Of a stretch of DNA of 34,920 nucleotides, positions 1 through 11,400 are shown one piece after another. Each line of letters begins with the position of its first letter. Positions within the stretch are counted from its first letter, which is position 1. Under the pieces are notes generated by a model. The model made no database searches. It was not told where the DNA came from and was given only the letters and a program-made list of their open reading frames with translations. A program made the translations under genes and the position numbers. This DNA comes from Nemertoderma westbladi (taxonomy: Eukaryota > Animalia > Xenacoelomorpha): positions 1 through 34,920 of the forward strand of contig JAUCBJ010005742.1 of assembly GCA_032718475.1 (NCBI GenBank), given 5' to 3'.

Positions 1-497
1 AAGAAGTTCTCGAGATATAGAGGAAAATTAACGAGTCGTTAAAAAATGCAGTAATTAGCAATTAGCGCTAATTAAGAGCGAATTAATTAATCGAATCGCG
101 AAATTAACGGTGCCAATCGATGGGAAACAACGAGAGGAGCTCGCAAATTTTTTAAATTTTCGAAAAGACCCAGCGGAAGCCGAGATAAATGGATTTTCGT
201 GAAATCGGGGTCCCGACCGCCAAGTCGAATATTAGCGTCGAATCGTCACCTTTGGGAAGTAGGCGAAAATATACCGAAAAAGCAAAACGAGCGATATTGA
301 TTTAAAATTCGAAACTTTTTGGTCGACACGGGCTCGCTAGTGGATGATATACACTATTTTAGTCAATTTGTCCAAAAGGGTCATTTTTATGATCTTTGAT
401 CATGATCTTTATGATCTTTGGCCTAAAGCATGGAATAAGAGTATTCTTATATTAAATTGTAATTCGTACATTATAAGCAAAGTCTATGGGGACATTT
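1..497. repeat. 3' part of the CpG-rich module one period upstream
   Basis: Homologous to 23725-24221 and 25475-25971 with about a dozen substitutions. Confidence 0.92.
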
Positions 498-2192
498 CCG
501 GCGGTGGAAGACAATATAAACAAATTGTAAAATGTTAATAAGTTTCAATTTAAACACAATATTATATTAATTTAATTCATAACATGAAATATGATTATAT
601 ATAAAACTATAAAAAAAAACAAAAAGAAACATCAAATTACAAATCACAAAATGACATGATGTATAAACTTGTATTAATTTAAATTATATTAAAACTATTT
701 AAAAACATTAATCATGCCATTTAATCTATGTAAGGGCGATATTGTGAACTACACCAACTCAGCTGCAGTATGTTGCCGGTGTTATTAGTAAAGATACTAA
801 TGCTGCATTGACACTTCAAAGTCAAGGATCAAATTTATAATAAATTTCATTATTCTACAATAGGCCTGTTTTGTAGTTTAAATGCACAATTATTAAACCA
901 ACTAAATAATATTATGTTACATGCTATACTTTCTATAGATTATCTTATGATTTAATACAGTAATAAAAACAATTGAGTATTAAATATCAAATAATGATGT
1001 AATAATGACTACTAAATTACTTTCAATTAATTGCAACTTTTCTTATCAAGTGTTACTCATGTTATATAACAATAATTTTATATGAAACACAGTATATACT
1101 CAGTAGAATAGTAAAAGTAGTACAATGGAAATTATGTATAATATATAACATTATAACATAAAATACTCTATATGAGCTGCATAATAAATACAATTTGCAA
1201 TTATATATAATTAAGTAGTTAATACTCCTTAGTATCACTAGTTTGACATCACACATAAATGTAATAGTAACATTGTTGTTATATTGAATATATTCCGTAT
1301 ATATCTTTGATGTTTTACAATTAGTGATATGGTAAATTGTATTATCAGAATCTACTATATTAAAATTAATATGTATATAAATGAAGCGTTGCTCGAATAT
1401 TCCTTGATTATACTTTACACTTCAACGTAAGGCAATTTAGGCTACAATAATTAGGGAGAGAGAGAGAGAGAGAATTCGTAGCAAGTAGATTGGGTAGTTG
1501 AATAGTATAGAGATTGAAAAACAGTTATTTGTTAATAATGCTTGGATTGGAAAATCACTAAATATTTAGAATGTAGAAAAGAACCAAAAGGAGAATATAA
1601 TTACGGAAAATATAGATAGATCTCAGCAACAATAGGACCATGAACGTGCGAAAACCAATGTATTATACAAAATACAAGCATTAATATGTATAATTTAATA
1701 CAATTATGTAGAAATACTTCATGGAGTTAATGAAGATGAGTAAAATAACAAACACAATAAATAAAATGCTTGTATATTGCAGAATACAAAAAACGGGGCC
1801 AACCGGGGCCAGGCAGATATTACGAACGTTACCTACAGTTATTGTGTTTATATATAATATAAATTACTCAATGGGTGTAATATTCCAGAATGTAACCAGC
1901 CCGGCATACACTGCAACTGGAGAATGAATTCAAACTCTGGAATATTTAATAGCCGGTTTATATCATTAACCCCCCCCCCCCCCCCCCCCCCATTTGCAGA
2001 AAATATGATTTATTATGTTTTCGCAGTTTCGTGTTTGAAACAGACCCGACCACCTATTTAATTTGGGAATATGTTGTAATGGGTGTTGTGTGGAAACTAC
2101 CAGTAACACAATAGGGGTCATAATAAATACAAAACCATAAAATAATAGAAAATAAAAAAGAAAATGAAAACAAAAACAGGAATAGACAGTTC

Positions 2193-3730
2193 TGAGTCAT
2201 GGTTTCTGTCACTAGTCAGAGCGCGCAATGCTCGACTCAAAACTAGAACAGTCCCCATGACTCAAAAAATAAAAAATAAATAAAAAGAATAGGAGAAGAA
2301 AAAATAAATAGGCACAGGGTTATGAGTCATGGTTCCTGTCTCTAGTCAGAGCGCGCAATGCTCGACTCAAAACTAGAACAGTCCCCATGACTCAAAAAAT
2401 AAAAAATAAATAAAAAGAATAGGAGAAGAAAAAATAAATAGGCACAGGGTTATGAGTCATGGTTTCTGTCACTAGTCAGAGCGCGCAATGCTCGACTCAA
2501 AACTAGAACAGTCCCCATGACTCAAAAAATAAAAAATAAATAAAAAGAATAGGAGAAGAAAAAATAAATAGGCACAGGGTTATGAGTCATGGTTTCTGTC
2601 ACTAGTCAGAGCGCGCAATGCTCGACTCAAAACTAGAACAGTCCCCATGACTCATAAAATAAAAAATAAAATAAAAAGAATAGGAGACGAAAAAGAGAAA
2701 TAGGCATAGGGTTATGAGTCATGGTTCCTGTCTCTAGTCAGAGCGCGCAATGCTCGACTCAAAACTAGTACAGTCCCCATGACTCAAAAAATAAAAAATA
2801 AATAAAAAGAATAGGAGAAGAAAAAATAAATAGGCACAGGGTTATGAGTCATGGTTCCTGTCACTAGTCAGAGCGCGCAATGCTCGACTCAAAACTAGAA
2901 CAGTCCCCATGACTCAAAAAATAAAAAATAAATAAAAAGAATAGGAGAAGAAAAAATAAATAGGCACAGGGTTATGAGTCATGGTTCCTGTCACTAGTCA
3001 GAGCGCGCAATGCTCGACTCAAAACTAGAACAGTCCCCATGACTCATAAAATAAAAAATAAAATAAAAAGAATAGGAGACGAAAAAGAGAAATAGGCATA
3101 GGGTTATGAGTCATGGTTCCTGTCTCTAGTCAGAGCGCGCAATGCTCGACTCAAAACTAGTACAGTCCCCATGACTCAAAAAATAAAAAATAAATAAAAA
3201 GAATAGGAGAAGAAAAAATAAATAGGCACAGGGTTATGAGTCATGGTTCCTGTCACTAGTCAGAGCGCGCAATGCTCGACTCAAAACTAGAACAGTCCCC
3301 ATGACTCATAAAATAAAAAATAAAATAAAAAGAATAGGAGACGAAAAAGAGAAATAGGCATAGGGTTATGAGTCATGGTTCCTGTCTCTAGTCAGAGCGC
3401 GCAATGCTCGACTCAAAACTAGTACAGTCCCCATGACTCATAAAATAAAAAATAAAATAAAAAGAATAGGAGACGAAAAAGAGAAATAGGCATAGGGTTA
3501 TGAGTCATGGTTCCTGTCATTAGTCAGAGCGCGCAATGCTCGACTCAAAACTAGAACAGTCCCCATGACTCATAAAATAAAAAATAAAATAAAAAGAATA
3601 GGAGACGAAAAAGAGAAATAGGCATAGGGTTATGAGTCATGGTTCCTGTCACTAGTCAGAGCGCGCAATGCTCGACTCAAAACTAGAACAGTCTCCATGA
3701 CTCATAAAATAAAAAATAAAATAAAAAGAA
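2193..3730 (+). repeat. Hairpin array A, copy 1: 12 units of 130/132 bp (72-bp palindromic core + A-rich linker)
   Basis: Cores start at 2193, 2323, 2453, 2583, 2715, 2845, 2975, 3107, 3237, 3369, 3501 and 3633. Core TGAGTCATGG...CTAGTCAGAGCGCGCAATGCTCGACTCAAAACTAG...CCATGACTCA. Confidence 0.97.
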
Positions 3731-4126
3731 TATGGTAACTAAAGATATATTATTTTTTCAAGCATTATATACATAATATTGTAAGGATAATCCACTAATG
3801 TTATTCATGTTATGTACCATGTACCTGTGTATCTAAACTATTTGTATTTATTTAATCTGTAGATCCATGGGCAGTTCAATATATCTATGGAATAGTATAA
3901 AAACAATAATACACAGAAATCCAATATCATTAGTTGAAAAGATTTATTTATAAATAAACTAATGATGCAATTTAATGTTCCAGAATAATACCAGTGCAGC
4001 ATACACAACAACTGGTAGTAAACGGGGTATAAAATTGCGGTCTGGTATATTTACTACCGCGGCATTAACAACAACTGGTAGTAGGCAAGCATTAATTTAA
4101 TTTTGGTTTGTTTGAAATTGAAAGTG

Positions 4127-5370
4127 CTCACTGAATGTAGTGTTCCAGAATTCTACCGGCGCGGCATACACAACACCTGGTAGTAATCTGTGAGACTATA
4201 TCAGCTAAGCTTTGGTTACTTAAATTTGATATTTTGTTTGTTTAGAATTTGGTTTACTCACTGAATGTAATTTTCCAGAATTCTACCGGCGCGGCATACA
4301 CAACACCTGGTAGTAATCTGTGAGACTACATCAGCTAAGCTTTGTTTACTTAAATTTGATATTTTGTTTGTTTTAGAATTTGGTTTACTCACTGAATGTA
4401 ATTTTCCAGAATTCTACCGGCGCGGCATACACAACACCTGGTAGTAATCTGTGAGACTACATCAGCTAAGCTTTGTTTACTTAAATTTGATATTTTGTTT
4501 GTTTTAGAATTTGGTTTACTCACTGAATGTAATGTTCCAGAATTCTACCAGCGCGGCATACATTACAACTGGTAGTAATCTGTGAGACTACATCTGCTAA
4601 GCTTTGTTTACTTAAATTTGATATTTTGTTTGTTTAGAATTTGGTTTACTCACTGAATGTAATTTTCCAGAATTCTACCGGCGCGGCATACACAACACCT
4701 GGTAGTAATCTGTGAGACTACATCAGCTAAGCTTTGTTTACTTAAATTTGATATTTTGTTTGTTTAGAATTTGGTTTACTCACTGAATGTAATGTTCCAG
4801 AATTCTACCAGCGCGGCATACACTACAACTGGTAGTAATCTGTGAGACTACATCAGCTAAGCTTTGTTTACTTAAATTTGATATTTTGTTTGTTTAGAAT
4901 TTGGTTTACTCACTGAATGTAATGTTCCAGAATTCTACCAGCGCGGCATACACTACAACTGGTAGTAATCTGTGAGACTACATATGCTAAGCTTTGTTTA
5001 CTTAAATTTGATATTTTGTTTGTTTAGAATTTGGTTTACTCACTGAATGTAATGTTCCAGAATTCTACCAGCGCGGCATACACTACAACTGGTAGTAATC
5101 TGTGAGACTACATCAGCTAAGCTTTGTTTACTTAAATTTGATATTTTGTTTGTTTAGAATTTGGTTTACTCACTGAATGTAATGTTCCAGAATTCTACCA
5201 GCGCGGCATACACTACAACTGGTAGTAATCTGTGAGACTACATCAGCTAAGCTTTGTTTACTTAAATTTGATATTTTGTTTGTTTAGAATTTGGTTAACT
5301 CACTGATTGTAGTGTTCCAGAATTCTACCAGCGCGGCATACACTACAACTGTAACAACAACTGGTAGTAA
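4127..5370 (+). repeat. Hairpin array B, copy 1: ~10 units of 130/131 bp (last one partial)
   Basis: CCAGAATT recurs at 4145, 4275, 4406, 4537, 4667, 4797, 4927, 5057, 5187 and 5317. Core stem CTACC(A/G)G...CTGGTAG with a T-rich linker. Confidence 0.97.
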
Positions 5371-5421
5371 ACAGAGTTTACAATGGTGGTGAATTGAAAT
5401 TTTATAATACTTTATCTCCCT

Positions 5422-8400
5422 TTATGTTTTGACAATTTGTATAATTCGCAGCCCCATATTAAGCCCACCAACAACATCCCTGACTAGTTGAACCAGCTGG
5501 TGCGGCGACATTTCTATTTGTGCAGCGTAATAAATCGCGTTTAAAACGAGTTGTCGGGAATTTTTATTTTCGTCGTCATTTCCACCTCCAGGAAACCCGG
5601 TAATAACAGCGTATGGTTGCCATGGCTGCAAATTTGGATTTTGGGTTAGACGACCCTGTATGTTGCCAAGGCGTAGGTCGTTAAGGCATCGCCTCATATT
5701 TACTGTGTCGCCTACGTACCAAATTTCGGGATACGGTAAACTTACAATTATATAAATAAATCCAATATCGTCGGCCGGTATTTCGACATCTATTGGGATG
5801 TGGTGGATGTTGGACACAGGGTTGTTAGATATTAATGGAACGGGTAGTGGAGCAGGTTGAACTATTGGCTGGTGTCGGATGACGTTCAGTTTATCTATTA
5901 ATTTTGAGACGTATTCTAAAATGGGGGATTTTTGACCTAATAGGATAGCAATGTTTTGAAGTACAGTATGTTTGAGGCCGACAAAGTAAATATGATTAGC
6001 GTATGGAACCCGGGAAACAATTACTAACAATTGTTCTACCAACCAAAGGGCCCACATACTCCTACCCGTTTCTATCTGGGTGGCTAGTTTGTAGCAGAAA
6101 TCGCCTAAAATACGATGTACAGTATCGGCCGCGACATGCTGTACTGGCCACTGTTCGCGACGGCCTTTCTGTAAATGGTGACCTACTTGCACTTCAGGAG
6201 AAATGTGGCGAGCGAGAAAAATAAGAGGGTATTGATTTAAATTATTGAAATCAATAGTCCCTCTCCCCACAGGAATCAAACGGAGTGCCAAACGTTGTGG
6301 TTCACCTTGTGGGAGGCTTTCAACCACAACGAGTTGGCCCTGGGAGAATGTGTGTCTCCCAGACTTTCCGTTATAAGTTATTCTCATAACAGTTCCTATG
6401 GGGATTAATATTTCTCTACTCTCCCGCAACTCATTATCCAGAGCGTTGGATATTCGTTCTGTAGCCGGAATCCAAACTCCTGCGTGATTCTCCATTTCAT
6501 CATTGGCTTTGGATGTAATGGATATCAGATTAGGCTGTTGCTGAATTTTTTGCAAGTAGGTCTTTGTTGCTTCACGTTCAGCGGCCCGTTTCCCAACTAC
6601 TCTGGTGCAGTCGAGAGGTACGTCGTCCCAACTTTCAAGAAAATTACAGTTCCTCGATATAATGTCAAGGATCTGAGTAATGTCCTCATCCGTTCTTGAG
6701 TGGTCTCGGATTAATTCAATTAGTAGCTGCAGTTGGGGGTCGTTAGCTGATCTAACATAGCATGTTAGTTTTGCAACTTTGAATATCATGAGGAACTGGG
6801 GAGAGAGCCACATCAGACTACCCTGGATAGGAGGCAACTGTTGATGATCGCCACTGGCAATTATCAACTTGCCTCCAAATGGTATGTTGGTCAGGGTGAC
6901 CTTTTTCAGGACTTGGTCTAAAACAGAGACAAGCTCACCGCTGAATAACCCGATCTCCTCAACAAGAACAACGTCTACTCTCTGTAAAATAGACACTTTA
7001 TCTGGAGTTTTCGCCAGAGAAAGGAGAGAGTCTTCAGAGAGCGTAACGGCGTCAATCTGTCTGTTACCATGCTTTCCTGACAAGGACAGTAGCTGGTGGA
7101 GATGTATCCCCCCAAGCTGTCTCGCTTTGTTGCTAGTGATGGCAGTGAGGGATACACGTAGTCCTTTGGCCATGGCATAGGCTCCAGAAAGCAAAAGAAT
7201 GTGGGTTTTCCCCGTTCCAGGAGGACCAACAATAATTATTGGATTAACAAATGTTGTTGTCGGAACAAGGTACTTATCTATTGCCTCACAGCATAGTGAG
7301 AGTGTCTGTCGTTGTTCGTTTAACGACTGGACACTCTGTGATGCAGCCTGTTGCAAATCTGGTCGCCATGGTAACGGTGTTTCCCGAGATGCATTGCTCA
7401 GGTTGTCTGGTATAGCGATGTTCTTATCTCGGAAACCCGCCACCATGTTCGTTCTTGCAGAATTTTCAATTTGCAGAACGTTAGCAGACGCTTCTCGGCG
7501 GAATAGGGCCTCCTGCGCCAATGGCAGTGATGTAAAGTAGACGCCCTCTCCCCCCAGAAACGACTGCAGTACGGAGTCGGCTGCCTGAAGCATTCTTTCC
7601 ATCTGGCGTGTACTAACTGCGTAGTGGTAAAGTTGTTCCATTAGATACCGCCTACGCAGGTTCTTAATGTCAGGTTCAGTGATGTTTCTCCAATCGGGGA
7701 CCAGCTTACACAAACCGAAACTTTCTAATAAACATGATGTTGAATACAGATCCAGTTCAGTTTCGAACTTTCCCATAGACAACATCATGTGTATTAGAAA
7801 CTTTTCGGTTTGGAAAGGAGTCACATTGGAGAAAACCACTATAACTGGCTTTGTACACGACTTGTCGATAAATAATTTGCTGCAGTTTTCATCGCCAGCG
7901 ACTATAGGGTTGAATATCTGAGTCAAGAGATCGAATGCCAGAGGGACTCTATTATTGGCCTGGACTGTGAGGAACTCGACGGCTTTTGTAACTCCGGACA
8001 AACGAAGTTGAACGCGTCTGCCCAAGCCGTTGATCCAAATACACTCGTTGAATGGGACGTTTAGGTTACAATCTTTCACAAATGTTGTTACAATGAAACA
8101 TTTTGTATAAATCTCTATGGTGTCGAATGGCATTAGTTCTGGGGGACGCAGATTGAAAGAAGTAAAGAGATCGGCACAGTATAAACTAGAAATATAGTCT
8201 CTGATAAGTAGTATTTGAGAGTTAGTAAATTGTCTCGTTGGGGGTAGATGGGCCCTACGTGAAACAGGCAGTAACGTGCCATCAGAATCGGTTAAAAATT
8301 TGGCTTTGTTGGTTGGATAATTATGAACAATGCCTGACCTATTTTCCGGTGATACAGTTTGTAGGTGGAGGAATGTAACCGTTGTAGTGAAATAATCGAA

Positions 8401-11400
8401 TTTTAAAGAATAAAAAATAATTTCATTTGTACTAATAATTCTACTTGTGATACCCTTGTCTTTCTTAGCCCTTTTTTCTTCAGCAATCCTAGCCCCTGTA
8501 ATTTTTTCGTTCACTTGCGATCTTTCCTCCCCCCTAAATTCCCCAGCTACCTTACTTTCTTGTATTATATGTTTTCTGTGTTCCTCTTTGCCCGCCCCAT
8601 ATTTTAATAAGTACGCCTTCATAAAACGTACAGCGCATACCTGGACGTTTGTACAGGCGCGCATTAAAACAAAGAGCCGAGGTATTGTTGGGACAAAAAA
8701 TTCGTTAGCCATAGCAGCGTACTGATACGACCCAGCAACGAATTCTTTGTCCACAACAATATTGTCATCCTCATCTCTGAAGGCAAACCCGAGATCTAGA
8801 AGTGTCTCGAGGAATTTATTACAATACAAATTTTCTTTTGGGATAAATTTGGAAACCCCAGATTCCGGATATTTGGTATATCGGCAAATGGGTTTTCCAA
8901 ATTTATCGGTCCGTTTCATGCATCGCCCCCCCGCGCTGTTACAGCTGTGCGTTTGTAAATATTGGAACTGATTTAGGAAGTTATTTTTGTCCCGCAAGTC
9001 TCGTACTAGTCCCTCCCCAATAAGATCCTCTAAATCAGTTCCGAAACTCCCATGGAATAAGCTTTTGGATTGGCAGCAGATTCTAGAAAGTGATACTTCG
9101 ACATCCTCTGGAAATACTGTTATACCCATATGTACATGGGGTTTGTTCCCTATGGCCTTCTGGTCTTGGAACTCGAACCTGGACCACAAGTTTTTAACAT
9201 GTCCGACGGGCTGTTCTTTGCTGAACTGCAGCCAACGCAGTACATAGTGTACAGTACGTACCCAGGCCCTGAGCAATACAACACCCCGTCGTACAAGTTG
9301 AAACTTGTAGTCCTCTGTGTGCCCGTATTTGCGTTTGATGGCATTTGTTATTGGAGCCACACCGGGTGTCTCACTATCATTACAAGTCAACGTAATGAAG
9401 TAAGTCCAGGCTCCCTCCTTAGTTAGAGCGGCGAGTTCGTTGACCTTTTTTCGAGAATCGATCTCACTGAAATTTAATTTATTCTCCCTCATCCCAATAC
9501 TTACTTTATTTAGGTTTAAAAATTCCAGACCGCGGTTTAGTACTAAGGTGGCAGAGTTGTTGTTTAATTGAGTATTCAAAAGTATATCAAATACAAAATC
9601 CAGATAGGCTAGAATTTTTGGTGTTATATTTCCACCTCGTAAACGTATTTCCAGGTGGTCTGACAGAGTAGCCAGACCGCGCTTATTTTCGGTTCTGTTT
9701 GAGTACAAAACCGAAGGAAGTGCACCCAATACCGCTTGATCTTCAGTTCTGGCAAAATAAAAAACAAGAGGAAATAGAAAAGCTTCAGGAAAAAGTAATG
9801 GGACATTACCTTCTGGACTTAATGATGATATATGGCTGAGGATGCGGTTGAAATTCGCCTGTCTGTGGGCAGAGTATTTCCTACGTAATACACCGTAATA
9901 TTCGTTAAGGAGGACGTGTACCCTGGAAGTCGTTGCCACATCACACACTACGACGTTGTCTCTACTGGCATATAAAGTAGACTCATCATCATGTTCTTCG
10001 TAGAGTTCATTTGACCCCAGGATCCCAAGGTGCTGCTCCACGTACTCCAGATCCACCTCATTATCCTCATCTGGATCCATAAATTGATCCAGTGGATCCT
10101 GCTCAACACCCTCGTCTTGGTGGTCATCACCCTCGTCATTCCCATCCATTGGGTCGTCGAACTCTGGATCTGGTTGTTCGAATATAGCCGGATCTCCCAC
10201 GAAGGTCTCTGCTCCGGATTTTATTGCAGTAGAACCATGATGATAACATATGCCGACGTCGCAATGGTAATATGGCAGACCCCAGGGACACCTCCACCTT
10301 GCGATATTGGAGCAGCCAGTTGTCCAGCATTGGGATCGATTTGTTAAGTGCTGGCGAATTAGGTGAAACTGTGGATGGAATTGACACTTTAGAATATTTT
10401 GACCGGCAAATTGAGCCAACTGTTTGTGTTTTTTAATTAAATTTTGATGTTGCAATTTCTTAGAAAATACTAGAAATGAAAAATGTTTTAGGATATTGGA
10501 TTGTTCTATATTATTGTTTATATATTTTTTGCCGAATGTGTCCTGAAATAAAAAAGTTTCCCCCCATTTAAATATGATTCCTTGCGAGTTACCGATGCAC
10601 TGAAGGTAGTGGGTTTCACTTTCTAGAACTATGTCATTTTCTGATGCCCCAAATTCTAAAATATTTCCAGTAAATCGTCTACTGCCGCCCCTATAGAACA
10701 ATTCTATGTTTGCACCAAGTGATACCCCGATATGTTCCCTAGTAATAATTTCATTGAAATCTGAAAGGATTATGGCCGCTTTCTGTGAGGTATTTGTACT
10801 GTCAGATACAGTAGGATCTACTGTAGCTACCCTACATTGTAGTACTTCCTCGGAATTTCCTTTGATTCTATATTTATGTCGATGTAATGCAGAATGCACT
10901 GCGTCAAGTAGTAAAGTGGCAAGTGGATTGTCATTTATTAAGTTTTGTATTACCCTATGTGTCGGAGGTGAATGGCATAAAATACGAATTAGTTCTGCAG
11001 TCAGTGGGCACTCGTCATTATTAGATATATTTGTGTAAAATGGATTACACCCATAACGGTTGTTTGGGTGAATAAGTGGCAGTGAATAGTCCTTGTCGGT
11101 ATTTTTGCCCCCCTTGTCCCTAGATATATATGTGTCCCATTGATACAACGCTTCGTCCATCCCCATGTATGTCGCCCCCCTAGTACAGTCGTCAATTACG
11201 TCCTTGTCGAATTCGTCAGCGTACAGTGTCCCAGATACAAAGTCCTCCCCAAGTTCCCGTCTATTTAATGTGCACTGCAGTATGTCAGGTCGATTGTCCA
11301 GTACCAATTTTTCATTTTTTGCAAAACTATTATTAGTCACACCACCAAAAGTGTAACCCGGTATTAAAGTGGTCGAAGAAATCCCATTGTACCCACCGAT

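Noticed and set aside
344-1927. Short AT-rich ORFs (344-538, 1062-1256, 1721-1927) and similar ones at 13629, 17084, 21895, 22498 and 27620-27976
   Set aside because: Low-complexity chance ORFs; those with a homologous region in the other unit are not preserved there.
2193-5370. CRISPR array interpretation of the palindromic repeat-plus-linker arrays
   Set aside because: The linkers are near-identical rather than unique spacers, the repeats are too long, there are no cas genes and the context is eukaryotic.
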